Shown: in pieces, positions 42,844 through 53,328 of the stretch | Layout: each line of letters opens with the position of its first letter | Position numbering within the stretch: position 1 is the first letter of the stretch | Assembly (NCBI GenBank): GCA_977017575.1 | Contig: CDRNVI010000048.1 | Coordinates: forward strand, 1-64,000 | Length of the DNA: 64,000 bases | From: Paramoeba atlantica | Taxonomy: Eukaryota; Protista; Discosea | Reading direction: 5' to 3' | Made by a program: the position numbers and the translations under genes | The notes under the pieces: model-generated | What the model saw: the letters and a program-made list of their open reading frames with translations, nothing else | What the model was told of the DNA's origin: nothing | The model's database searches: none

Positions 42844-44598
42844 TTATGAAATTGCTAAATTATCCAATTGGTGAAGAAACGTCCGAGAAGTGTGAAGTTG
42901 CGTACCACCAAGATAAATTTCGTGATCAAGCTTATTTCTAAGTTCATTTAAGCATTTCATTTCTGAAACAGTAATGCCGCCAACCACAAATATGTACAAC
43001 CGTTGCAACGATTTAGCTTCTTTGTGTGTGAAGTTGTCCCGTTCTTGTATGAATCCTGCATCACCTCTACGAACGTTGTGCACATCTTCTAAACCTTGAC
43101 ATGTGGTTCTCGAAAGGATATCATTTTCTAGAATAGATACACTCGGATACTCAGATTGTGACAAAGTATTGCTCGCTAATTTCTCAACAATGTCGTTTAT
43201 GGCAGGCTGGGCTCTTGAGATAGATTTTCGTTGTATAAAAAGTTCCTGAATAGAATCCTGCTTCTTACTGTACAAAACTGATTTACGTTTCTCCAGAGGA
43301 AATACATGTCCCATATTTTTAATCAAATGTAATGCAGAAGATCCCAGATGGCCAATTTTGACAAATTTCACAAGCTTGGAATGTTCGATGCCATGAACAG
43401 TTGTATATAATAGGATAAGTCGCAACTTTAATTCTGAAGAAACATTCTCGAGACGAAGAATTTTTTTCATTTGTTCTTCCTGCCTGCCGAGGGCCACTTT
43501 GTTTCCCGACTCATCAATCCCTGTCCCCAACATCTGCTGCAAAGCAATGACGTCTTCTAATGGACCTTCTTTAAGAATAGAGCTCAATTTTTGAAGCAAA
43601 TCAATATGCAAAGATATCTGATCGCTCCTTTGTCTTAGTTCTGGCAGAGTATATATGGCATTATTGTGTACTCTGCCTTCATGCGGACTTGTTTCAATCT
43701 TATCCAGCGCATCTGCTTGTTCTCGCAGTGCGATAAATTCTCGGTGAACGTATTGAATTGCTTGCGCAATGTGCATATATCGAACTTTTGTCCATATAGC
43801 ATCATTCTCATCCAGTATCATAGATTTTTGTTTGAAGGTACCATCTCTTCCTTCCAAATTGGTTGTGTACATAAGATCAGAACGAGGCATAAGATCGTAA
43901 AGCAGAGAGGCATATGACATATCGTGCATTAATGGAGTACAAATATCATGCGTGCGGTCTAATACCAAAAAAATGTCAGAAGCGGAACCCGAACTTATAG
44001 ATGTGGAAGCCGGAAGTATCTGATGGAGACAACTCGCAAAAAGCTCAGCATTCGACGATTTCTGGTGGCGAATTTGGGGTCGACTTTTCATCAACTCCAA
44101 AATAGATAAAAGTCTCTCTGCTACGCATCGTGCTGTTTTCCAGTTGTCTGTTAGGAAACATTTTTCAATGTCACTTTGAATGTCAAGATCAAAAACACAT
44201 GGATCCCGAAAACGAAGGTAGCACCCAAACTCTCTCTTTGATGCAATGTGTTCATCAAGCGGCGTCGACTTAAGCGCAGTATGAACCTCAGCGCTAGGGC
44301 GCCCGAGAAATATAAAATGTGCCTTCGCATACATTTTCTTACCAGCAGACCAATCAGCAAGACATCGGGTGACATTTTCCATTACAGGCTCGATAAAATA
44401 GACCACCGGGTATTCAGTTAATGGTTGTCGCACCTTTTGTAAATTTTCAACTAACACAATTCGATACGATAAAAGTGCCGACATAGTAAACATATTTCCT
44501 AACAACCGGCTGCTTTTTTCGTCAAGAACCATAACAATCCATTCACCCTCAAGCTCCTGCAAGTAACTTTCGAAATTTTTTCGAAAGCACGACAGCAT
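42844..44598 (-). CDS. Sec1/Munc18 (SM) family vesicle-fusion protein
   Basis: WIVMVLD..S, IVLVENLQKVRQP...VVYFIEP, LVLDRTHDICTPLMHDMSYASLLYDL, WTKVRYMHIA, LYIFVVGGITVSE. Start set at MLSCFRK; the frame stays open up to 45108. Confidence 0.9.
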   Translation of the reverse strand: MLSCFRKNFESYLQELEGEWIVMVLDEKSSRLLGNMFTMSALLSYRIVLVENLQKVRQPLTEYPVVYFIEPVMENVTRCLADWSAGKKMYAKAHFIFLGRPSAEVHTALKSTPLDEHIASKREFGCYLRFRDPCVFDLDIQSDIEKCFLTDNWKTARCVAERLLSILELMKSRPQIRHQKSSNAELFASCLHQILPASTSISSGSASDIFLVLDRTHDICTPLMHDMSYASLLYDLMPRSDLMYTTNLEGRDGTFKQKSMILDENDAIWTKVRYMHIAQAIQYVHREFIALREQADALDKIETSPHEGRVHNNAIYTLPELRQRSDQISLHIDLLQKLSSILKEGPLEDVIALQQMLGTGIDESGNKVALGRQEEQMKKILRLENVSSELKLRLILLYTTVHGIEHSKLVKFVKIGHLGSSALHLIKNMGHVFPLEKRKSVLYSKKQDSIQELFIQRKSISRAQPAINDIVEKLASNTLSQSEYPSVSILENDILSRTTCQGLEDVHNVRRGDAGFIQERDNFTHKEAKSLQRLYIFVVGGITVSEMKCLNELRNKLDHEIYLGGTQLHTSRTFLHQLDNLAIS

Positions 44599-45210
44599 GA
44601 AAAACAGAGAAATTCGAAAAAAAAAGTACAGGTGAACAGTTTTTCCAATAGGGTCGATACGATTACTTGTCTGGTCAAAGGGTGATTTAAATAATAATAT
44701 TTGAATGGATGAAAGGTTTGGAGACATACAACGCGGGGCATGCTCTAGAGGGTGTGAACGTATCATATGGACTACCCGTAAAATGTTTGGATAAGATACA
44801 AACAGCTTACTGGGAACTCTACGTACGTCCACGGACAGAAGTGTGCCCCCTGCCAAACAAATGACATTTTTTCCCCGGTTTTGCTCCTTTGAGAGATCTC
44901 CCCTGGTACCCCCTGGGTCCGAAAAACATAGTTTCGCTGTCTCATTTTTTGGAACCCTTTTCTCCCTCTGTTTATCTGTCACTAAATCGGAGCTTTGCGG
45001 ATGAATAATGCGCATGAATAAGAGTCCTAAACGTAATGGGCAAATAATGCGACTGAGCACATCGTTTGTAAGATAAAGGGGGATACTGTGTTTCTGTCTT
45101 TTCACCATTTTTCATTCGGTTTCCAATAATCGAGGGTAGAGCGGTAGTTACCACCTTAATAAAATGTAGTATATTGAAAAACCGCATTTAACATTTCGAA
45201 AAAATGAGTA

Positions 45211-45518
45211 CTATCCCCGCCTATTTAATAGGTCTACGTGTCACCCCCCCTTTAATAGGGCTATTTTGTCTGGAAGGCCAAAAAAAATTTCAAGGAAAGT
45301 GCCAAAAAATTGTCGAATGCGCCGCGAAGCGGAGGATTTTTTTTCCCGTATCTACCCCAACAACCGAAAGTGTATCAAAAGGGGGTTGTTTCACAACGAT
45401 AAAAAAGGCGCCGCGAAGCGGCGCTAATTTATTAATTTCATATTATTTTCCATGTCCCCCCCCTTTATTAGGGCCTTTTGCCCAAAATCGGAGTCCTATT
45501 AAATAGGGGGGGGGATAG
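45211..45518. mobile_element. TA-flanked MITE (308 bp)
   Basis: Left ctatccccgcctatttaatagg; right end reverse complement ctat-C9-tatttaatagg; TA at 45209-10 and 45519-20; subterminal ccccccctttaataggg-type repeats near 45239 and 45453; gcgccgcgaagcgg twice inside. Confidence 0.88.
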
Positions 45519-45621
45519 TAATAATCTTTTCACGCACATTCTTAAATTTTCGAAAAATGACATCATCTATATCTAAAAGAATTCTGAAGTTTAGTGAAAA
45601 TAAATTCCTTAGCATCCATAA

Positions 45622-45936
45622 TCATGATCCATTTTTTTTCAACTCTTCAATGTGTCTTTCTATTAAAGAAGGATCTGTCGTTTGATCTGCATTGTATATG
45701 GTGCACGTTACGGCCTTTCCTCCCCCGAAATCAAACGTAAGAGGAAATCCGGTCACATCAGGCTTTATACTCAAACCATCAAAATGACGCACTTGTGTAC
45801 TTGTGATCCAGTATGGGCTCTTGAACAAATGCACCTCGGCAATAACTGATAACTCTTTAGAAGGCTGCTCCGGATATTTTTTACCAGATTTTGCACTGAT
45901 AGCCGTGTACGCAAGTGCAGCTGTGCGTTGTAGCAT
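45622..45936 (-). CDS. Small single-domain Tc-38/RBP38-like (ArdC-N-related) nucleic-acid-binding protein, probably mitochondrial
   Basis: ISAKSGKKY..FKSPYWITSTQ..IYNADQTTDP resembles my recollection of the kinetoplastid Tc-38 domain; short MLQRTAALA leader. Confidence 0.55.
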   Translation of the reverse strand: MLQRTAALAYTAISAKSGKKYPEQPSKELSVIAEVHLFKSPYWITSTQVRHFDGLSIKPDVTGFPLTFDFGGGKAVTCTIYNADQTTDPSLIERHIEELKKNGS

Positions 45937-46207
45937 GGCTATCTAAGTAGAATATGCGCAAAAATCTGTTCTATGTTCACACTTCAGGTAAATTATATCT
46001 ACAACTATAACATCAATAATGCAATCACTAATTTTCAAGATGGTTTCTGTGGACCGTATGAATTGCACAGAACGGAAGCTAATAAACGCAGATGCAATTC
46101 GCCTGAACTAGTTCTTCTAATTTTCTGAGATGTTTTACTTGTACAGTAATCATACATACAGTATAATGTCATTACACCCTTATACAATATGCTCTTATAT
46201 TGTAATG

Positions 46208-46606
46208 TCATTTTTTGATAGGGCAGCACGATTTAGTTATTCTGTGATTCATTGCTTTTGATTTGTTACCTGTGCAATGCTTCTTTTTCCGAAGCTGTCG
46301 GACCCGCTGTGATACGTTTCGGCTGGTTTTTAGCACGTAAAATCTCTGGAATGGAGTCAAAGTGTGTATGCTTGGAAAAATTAACGACCCTGGCATGTGC
46401 TCCGCTATACCACGAGGCAATAGAGGTTTCTTAATTGTGCTTGGTTTGGGATGCGATATATCAAATACAGTATTAATGCTTGATAGAATCCCGTTTGATG
46501 TTGTAAGAAAAACATCAAGAAAGTTTCGGTGCTGAGAAGCAATATTTTTTTGCTTAACCAAGGATGTGATAACGCGACTCCCTCTCAGAATATGTGTTCG
46601 CATCAT
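46208..46606 (-). CDS. Hypothetical basic protein, 132 aa, possible mitochondrial presequence
   Basis: ATG ORF on the coding strand; R/S/T-rich N-terminus and basic C-terminus. Confidence 0.55.
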   Translation of the reverse strand: MMRTHILRGSRVITSLVKQKNIASQHRNFLDVFLTTSNGILSSINTVFDISHPKPSTIKKPLLPRGIAEHMPGSLIFPSIHTLTPFQRFYVLKTSRNVSQRVRQLRKKKHCTGNKSKAMNHRITKSCCPIKK

Positions 46607-46857
46607 CTATAGTCGAAGTACAGAGGTAGATTTTTGTCGGCAAAATATCTATAGTATTGTGGTAGGTCAATTGTAGTACTAACAAAAAAATTCATTCATT
46701 TACAAAAGAAAAAGGTACTTTAAAAACGATTGTCCGACTTCAAGGGAGAAAGGTGAAATCACGTAAGCTAAACTTCCTGAAGTGCGAAAAAAAAAACTGG
46801 TAAGAGCATTACTTGTAGTATGGCGAAAGATTGGTATTCTACAATGTGTATCTGGCA

Positions 46858-47481
46858 CTATGTATTTCCAATGCAATCAGGAAACATCAAGAGGGAATGT
46901 GCTTCTCTCTGCAATGCATCTATACTCTCAATGGAAGGCGCTGTATCAGTATAGGTTCTAAGAATATCGAACAAATATTGCACGTCACGATCTATATCAC
47001 ACTGTTTGGTGTTATTTCCTGCAGCTTGTCGGGTGCTCTCAGCTTGGGAAGAATTGAAGCCCTCTTCGAACGGCACAACCCGAATCGGCCTGCGATGCCA
47101 CGCTTCCACAAATTCCTGTTCCAGTTGCTCACGCCGTGAGTTGCTCTCTCTGTCAGCTCGTATTAGTACCTCTTGTCGTTTCTTTTCTTTTCTCTCTCTG
47201 AAATCTAGCAAATCGCGCATCTGTTTGTGGGTGTTCAGTTCCTGACTCACGGAGGTAAGTTTCTTCGTCCTCTCCCTCCGAAGCTCACTGTCGTATTCTT
47301 CACGGGAGGTGCGATCACGTAGCACGGTATATGCTTCCTGTACACGGAAGAATGCCTTAGATGCTCCAAGAGAAGAATCTTTATCCGGATGATAAAGCAA
47401 GGAAGCATGTCTATATGCTTTTTGTATAGCAGCAAAAGTCGACTTGGAATCTACACCAAGAGTCTCATAGTGGGTAGACAT
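46858..47481 (-). CDS. Type III J-domain protein (DNAJC17/Cwc23-like)
   Basis: HYETLGV...YHPDK...REEYD, followed by a coiled coil MRDLLDFRER. Confidence 0.85.
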   Translation of the reverse strand: MSTHYETLGVDSKSTFAAIQKAYRHASLLYHPDKDSSLGASKAFFRVQEAYTVLRDRTSREEYDSELRRERTKKLTSVSQELNTHKQMRDLLDFRERKEKKRQEVLIRADRESNSRREQLEQEFVEAWHRRPIRVVPFEEGFNSSQAESTRQAAGNNTKQCDIDRDVQYLFDILRTYTDTAPSIESIDALQREAHSLLMFPDCIGNT

Positions 47482-47628
47482 GGCATTCAGAAGATTTTAT
47501 TATATAGAATATAAGATTTTCTATAATCATAAAAGATAGCAAAATGTCACGTCTTATGTTACACAGATGCGATTGTTACACTACTTACACATCAAATTAA
47601 GTGAAGCAAACGTAGCAACGATAGAATC

Positions 47629-48957
47629 CTAATCTTGAAGAAAGGATGGACGATCGAGTTGAGTCCATTTGACTGTGCCACCGGACCCAACGTTTTCTAA
47701 AAATGAGCTAATAATTCTCACAAAAGGATTTTCCTGTACACTAAGTGATTTGGGTTTCAGAGTTGCCCGGTCATGAGACTTTACTTGCAGCAACGCATCC
47801 GTCATCCGCAGTACAGCAATTTTTACCGAACTCTCTTGCCGGGCGCGCCGGAGCGCAATCACGTCACCCTCATTCACAATTACACTCGCAGATCGTATCT
47901 CCCGGAGCCAACGCTCGGGGGAAGTTCCTCGACCTTCCTCGGGGTCCGGACTACAATCGAAAAACAGCATTTCCGAGCGAAATGCGGACAGAGCAGCGCG
48001 AAAGGCCGCCCGGAAGTGTTCCCGCACAACGTCGGTTCCCATGGTGCTGTCCTGGAGATGAATCACACACAAATTCGGGGACGTCCGCCCTGAACGAAGA
48101 CAGTGATACCGAATCCGTGCAGCGGTGAGAGGATTCACACGTAGAGGGTCAAGGCTCGGGGGAGTGGATGTCGGGGAATCTCGGGAGGTTGTGTGACGTT
48201 GTTGTTGTTGTTGGTATTTCTGCCGCTGTTGTTGGCCTCGTGGCTGCTGTTGTCTGCCTCTCCCATGGTTGGTGAAGGAAAACGGCCCACCGCCACCTCC
48301 GCCACCGAATAAACTCGCGAATGGGTTGAATCCACCGGAACCCGAACTGAAGAGGTCTGTAAAAGGGTGAGAGCCCCGGTGGGGGCCGCCCCCAAAGGAG
48401 GTGAATACATACGTGCCGTCCGGTCCAGCTTGGTAGAAACCCCCGCGATTGGGTCGGCTCGCTGATGCCGCGCTTTGCTCAAACTGTTCGCCCAGGAGGT
48501 CGTACTGCTTCCTCTTCTCCGGGTCGGACAACACCGTGTAGGCTTTGTTAATGTCCTTGTACCGCTCCCTGGCGCTGTCATCAGTGTTCTTGTCAGGGTG
48601 GTACTTCCAGGAGAGTTTTTTGTATGCGCGTTTGATTTCTTTTGTATCCGCGTTGCGTGGTACGCCAAGGAGTTGGTAGTAATCGGCAGGGGTGGTGGGC
48701 TTTTGAGGTTGGGATGCTTGCCGGCGCCGAGAGTCACGGGCATGCAGTGAATAAAGAGAGACGGATCGCCATGGGGAAAGTAATGTGTGACCACGAAAAG
48801 AATCCGGTCTTAGATGCAGCGCGTTACGTATCAGTATTTCGAGGTTGCCGCATGGCGCAACCATAGAAAGTAACATTGGCAGAATGAAACATTGAAACCT
48901 CAATTGCGGAACAACCGACCCTCTGTAACTCTTCAACCTTAATGCATTGAGTGTCAT
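47629..48957 (-). CDS. DnaJ protein with J domain, G/F-rich and Q-rich linker and C-terminal domain (start uncertain)
   Basis: DYYQLLGV...KYHPDKN...[11 protein letters not shown]; FGGG/SGSGGF tract. Confidence 0.85.
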   Translation of the reverse strand: MTLNALRLKSYRGSVVPQLRFQCFILPMLLSMVAPCGNLEILIRNALHLRPDSFRGHTLLSPWRSVSLYSLHARDSRRRQASQPQKPTTPADYYQLLGVPRNADTKEIKRAYKKLSWKYHPDKNTDDSARERYKDINKAYTVLSDPEKRKQYDLLGEQFEQSAASASRPNRGGFYQAGPDGTYVFTSFGGGPHRGSHPFTDLFSSGSGGFNPFASLFGGGGGGGPFSFTNHGRGRQQQPRGQQQRQKYQQQQQRHTTSRDSPTSTPPSLDPLRVNPLTAARIRYHCLRSGRTSPNLCVIHLQDSTMGTDVVREHFRAAFRAALSAFRSEMLFFDCSPDPEEGRGTSPERWLREIRSASVIVNEGDVIALRRARQESSVKIAVLRMTDALLQVKSHDRATLKPKSLSVQENPFVRIISSFLENVGSGGTVKWTQLDRPSFLQD

Positions 48958-49242
48958 TGAAGTATAAAATAAGTTAGTGTATGAAACTGTGTATGAAGAA
49001 GGGACAAGAAAATGTATTGAAAGAGAGCAAAGGTTATTATCTCATTCAAGGATAGAAAATCTATAAAGAAATATACGAAAAATAGAATCACTTCTATTTT
49101 CTGACCAAGATACAGCTTATACGATGCACTTCCCAACTTTTCCCTCTTATCACGTACTTATCCAACAAATTCCCTTTCAGTGCGTCACTAGTACCTAGTG
49201 GACTACCTCTCGTCGTATCCATTCACTTCAAGTCCAATATGA

Positions 49243-49455
49243 TTATGCCACCGGAAGTTCCTGTGTTCTCTTCGCCCGAAGCGCCGCCTGGGCCTTCGCT
49301 CCTTGGTTGTGCTTCACACTAAATCGGTTGTTTCGTCGCACTGCAGGATACAGACCCCTCATTGAAAATTTCTTGAAAAATCGCGGCTTGTGAATTCCAT
49401 TCCGATGTTGCTTTCGACTCTGGTTGTGATTGGTATGATTCTTAGATTTCGCCAT
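49243..49455 (-). CDS. RPL29: 60S ribosomal protein L29 (eL29)
   Basis: MAKSKNHTNHNQSRKQHRNGIHKP. Confidence 0.97.
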   Translation of the reverse strand: MAKSKNHTNHNQSRKQHRNGIHKPRFFKKFSMRGLYPAVRRNNRFSVKHNQGAKAQAALRAKRTQELPVA

Positions 49456-49720
49456 GGAAACTATAGGTAATGTAACAATTATTGATAAATTTGAAACTAC
49501 GAATGAGTCTAAAAGACAAACAGCATTTACTAGTACTACTGTATAACGAAAACTAAAAAAAGTCTAAAAATGTGCATGATACGCACAAATCTAAGGAAAA
49601 TGATTTCTTTCTGAAATTTCCATGAAAAGCAACTTCATTTTATGATAAACGACCTTTGGTTTGGATAATGGACATATTCTGCGCAAGCAACTGTATGCGT
49701 CGCACTCAAATACACATGAA

Positions 49721-50197
49721 TTAAGCTGGGGTTAACCCTTGTAGCAGGCCCCCTTTTCCCTGTAGCAGTTGAGGAGATCGATGATTGTAAAAGTCGACGA
49801 ATGAAATTTCACGCGGATTCGAATCTCCATTAGGCTTATCCCATATTCCAGAAGAAAAATTTGTACCGAATTCATCGATGTGCTGTTCCTTAACAGATCT
49901 AGCAAGCCATGTAGGGTCGTTGAATTCTCTCATTTCTCGCAAGTGCTGCACAAGATTCACTTTTCTTAGTTTTGTAATATTTTCAGAAATCGTTATCTTG
50001 CATTGCTGTATATATTCTGAGGGGGAATTCAGTGGTCGCAAGCACGGATAATCTAGCATTCCCACTTTTGTGATGACGCACGGTTGTATTGGTTCTTCAC
50101 TGACGATTTCCGAACGTTGGTTCCCAGCACATCGTTTCGCGGGATCTACTAAATCTATTTCCATTTTAGACATTGAATCATGTTCACAAGAATTCAT
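49721..50197 (-). CDS. SAP30BP/HCNGP-like protein
   Basis: REFNDPTWL....IDEFGTNF..IWD resembles the HCNGP motif FRNPSIYEKL...IDELGTNYP...DP. Confidence 0.6.
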   Translation of the reverse strand: MNSCEHDSMSKMEIDLVDPAKRCAGNQRSEIVSEEPIQPCVITKVGMLDYPCLRPLNSPSEYIQQCKITISENITKLRKVNLVQHLREMREFNDPTWLARSVKEQHIDEFGTNFSSGIWDKPNGDSNPREISFVDFYNHRSPQLLQGKGGLLQGLTPA

Positions 50198-50432
50198 GGG
50201 TGTTCAATGAATAAATTTTATAGATATCTATGGCACTATACTATACTCCGTGTATAAGCGTTACTAAGATCCGTTCTGAGAATCAAAAATTTACTCACAA
50301 ACTAAGAATTAAAACTAGAAACAGTAAAGTGACAGACTAAGTACATGCATACGAATCCATATCTACCTGTAGAGAAGAGAACTGCATGACTGATTGCTTT
50401 TCGACATATTTCTTTGAAGCCTTATACAAGAC

Positions 50433-52964
50433 TCATCCACCACGTCGCATTTGCTCTCTCGCCGCTTCTTTTACGATTTCCAGTTTTTTAGCGGCTCGGG
50501 CTACCTCTTTCTCCGCTTCTATACTTCGTATCTTGGCACGGGAAAGTTCATGATCCTTAGCCATACGATGAGATTTCGCCGTCTTAAAAGCAGTTATTCT
50601 TTGAGAAATGGCTTTTTGTGATGCCGCTTTGAAGAAGGATAATTCTTGTTGTGCTCTAGCTAAATCCTTTTGTTTCTGAGTCAAATTTTGCTCCTCGTTC
50701 CTCAGTTTGATGTAGTGTTCTTCCAAAGATTTACGGTAATCACGAGATTGGGATATATTACGCTCCAAAAGTTGTACGCATAATTCTATGGCGCGGGGTT
50801 GCATTTCTGATAAGTCCGTTGGCGAGATTTTCAGAACAGTGCTGAGGTATTGATTTTGATTATTATTGGACGGCCTACTCTGCTTGATCACATCAGCAGT
50901 ACTGAACGTCTCTAAATCTTTGGACAACTCCGAAAACTGTCTGTTCAGCTCCGATTCGAAATCAAATTTCTTCTCAGGCAAAAGTTTCTGAGCAAGATCT
51001 TCTTCACCGACGGAAAGAAGACTGCATATTTCGCCAAACTTCTCCTCATATGCCGCTTCCAGGATAGCCCTTGCGTCTGTCTCCAGTAGGGTAAGATCGT
51101 CAGACTCACTGCTCAGAAGCGTAAGAATAGTGTATGAAACTTGTTCGTGTGCAATGGAATACCATTCCCATCGCTCTCTTTCAATAAAATTTCGATCTGC
51201 TTTTTCTACTGAAGCGAAAGAATTAATCGCCGCTACATTAGTCTCATAGATCGCGTGATTTATACCTTCCATCATGAGAGCTGACCACTGGTACTCCTCT
51301 TCCACAATAACTTGCTGTCTGCTACAATATTCATTAAGCTCAAATTCATCTTTTTGAAGCATTCGGAGCCGAAGAGATTTGTTGATACTTTCTTCTTCAG
51401 CTATCAGGCTATTGTACATTTCGCCAATTCCTTGCTCCCATTGATAAAGAATAGCTTCGCGTCCGAATTGCATATTTTCATCTAATTTTTTCTGCTCTAC
51501 AGATTTTCTTTTTATAACATCCTCTAGCACTCTTTTTTGCCTAATACCAAACGATTGAATTTTCCCCCATTCTGTATCAAAGCAGTACTGGACTTCGTTG
51601 CGAAGCAAGACTTCTTTGTCTTGAAGAAGAGCTATATCTGCAACAAGTTCTTGGTGTTCTTTCAAAAGCTGTAACTTGGATCTTTCAAAATCTAAGCTCA
51701 TGTTGAATAGCCCTAATTCTTGTTCCCTCTCGTAATTGCTTCGATGTGCTTGTTCTTCCCCTTGAATTCCCAACAAGTGTACCTTTTGATGTTTAATCGC
51801 TAATTGCATTTTTTCGAGTTGCTCCTCAAGATCATGCTTCAGTCTCACAGTTGTGCTTCTTGCTTCATAAAATATACCCTGCTTTTCTTCTCGCGCTTGA
51901 AGTATAAATCCCGATACTAGTTCTCTTAATCGATACTCAAATTGGAAAGTTGCCGCCACATCGAGCTCTTTCTTGGATTGTATCAAACATCTTTCAGATA
52001 TTTCAGTACTAAGAATCTCTTTGCGAATCTGGCAAAAGGAGTCGTATAAAAACCGAAAACGTTGTCTGTGTTGCTTTTCTTGCTCCTTCAGTGCGCTTCT
52101 TTCTTGCTCCATGCTCCCCATTAGAGAAATATATTCCCTGGTCTGATGTATCTCTAGCTCGAAACGCAAAGAGTCTTCATTTCGCAAAATATCAGATCGT
52201 AGTTTGGCAATCACTTCATACCCTATTGCCGTTCTTTGAAAAATTCCAAGAAGAAAGTGATGTTCAATTTCCTCGTTGCACAATATCTCAGAAGTAAGAA
52301 TCGAGCACATTGCTTTCAGTTCTTGAACAGCTTTTTTGGTAGATCGGTAAGCGGTCACTTTACCTTGATGTTGCGTCACGAGATCGCTCCGTAATGCGAA
52401 TTCTGATTGATGCAATATTACGCGATTTTTTCTTTCTTCTTGAGTACACCAGGCCAGTTTCCTTTGATGAAGCTCTGCCTCTTGCAAGTGGTTCCATATG
52501 GCGAGTACATCGTTTGAAATGGTGCGCCTTGCATTGTCCTGCTGCCTCGGTAAATGATGGTAACATTGGAGTTTAATTATTCGTTCTGACTCTTCGCCCT
52601 CTGCGATATTTTCTCTCTGCACCTTTTCCCCCTCAAATAAATTCGTAAATTGATTTAGAACTTGGCGGCAACTGTCCTCCATTGAAATCATTGAAATGAA
52701 CTCATTCTCATATTCCTCAAATAGTTTGTCACGTTGTGTTTGACAAAGATGGAAAAGGTTTTTGGACTCTTTTCTGTGCTTTGCTTTTTGGTAAGGAGTG
52801 TTCATAGCAACGTTAGCCAAGGCCGCTGCCACACGTTCCTTTTTAGCAACGCTTACCTCATTTTTCTTCACAACGTTCGATGAGTGAACCCATGAAAGGT
52901 TTTCATCTGGAAGTGCTGATTTCTTTTTTGGTTGCTCAATCCTTTGCTTCTTCTTTGGTGGCAT
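50433..52964 (-). CDS. Hypothetical long coiled-coil protein, 843 aa
   Basis: Long E/Q/K/R/L-rich ORF on the coding strand; basic N-terminus MPPKKKQR. Confidence 0.8.
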   Translation of the reverse strand: MPPKKKQRIEQPKKKSALPDENLSWVHSSNVVKKNEVSVAKKERVAAALANVAMNTPYQKAKHRKESKNLFHLCQTQRDKLFEEYENEFISMISMEDSCRQVLNQFTNLFEGEKVQRENIAEGEESERIIKLQCYHHLPRQQDNARRTISNDVLAIWNHLQEAELHQRKLAWCTQEERKNRVILHQSEFALRSDLVTQHQGKVTAYRSTKKAVQELKAMCSILTSEILCNEEIEHHFLLGIFQRTAIGYEVIAKLRSDILRNEDSLRFELEIHQTREYISLMGSMEQERSALKEQEKQHRQRFRFLYDSFCQIRKEILSTEISERCLIQSKKELDVAATFQFEYRLRELVSGFILQAREEKQGIFYEARSTTVRLKHDLEEQLEKMQLAIKHQKVHLLGIQGEEQAHRSNYEREQELGLFNMSLDFERSKLQLLKEHQELVADIALLQDKEVLLRNEVQYCFDTEWGKIQSFGIRQKRVLEDVIKRKSVEQKKLDENMQFGREAILYQWEQGIGEMYNSLIAEEESINKSLRLRMLQKDEFELNEYCSRQQVIVEEEYQWSALMMEGINHAIYETNVAAINSFASVEKADRNFIERERWEWYSIAHEQVSYTILTLLSSESDDLTLLETDARAILEAAYEEKFGEICSLLSVGEEDLAQKLLPEKKFDFESELNRQFSELSKDLETFSTADVIKQSRPSNNNQNQYLSTVLKISPTDLSEMQPRAIELCVQLLERNISQSRDYRKSLEEHYIKLRNEEQNLTQKQKDLARAQQELSFFKAASQKAISQRITAFKTAKSHRMAKDHELSRAKIRSIEAEKEVARAAKKLEIVKEAAREQMRRGG

Positions 52965-53328
52965 ATTTGGAACGAAAAAAAGGAGTTACAAAATTTGACC
53001 AAATTTCACAAGTTGATATGAGTTACTAAACGTACTTATCTTGGGGATGTATAGCTGCGTACGATGTGTATACAATGCATAACCTTACATTATCCTATTC
53101 AAAAGATATTATTGATATTGCATCTATTTGCAGATACATGTTTTATGCGATTCGCACAGGAAGTACGCCTCCACGGCACTTGTTTACTGTACCCATGATA
53201 CAGAGAAGTGAAAAACATCAAAATACATGTGTGCATGCAAAGACTTCTAGAGCACTTCCAAAATACGTAAGGAAATAATCGGAACAAAGGAAAGCATCGA
53301 GAATCTTTTCAATCAAAAAATACATTTT

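Noticed and set aside
29006-48957. Apparent chaperone cluster (HSP83 array, TPR protein, two DnaJ genes)
   Set aside because: The genes are separated by unrelated ones, and polycistronic units in kinetoplastids are not functionally grouped; likely coincidence.
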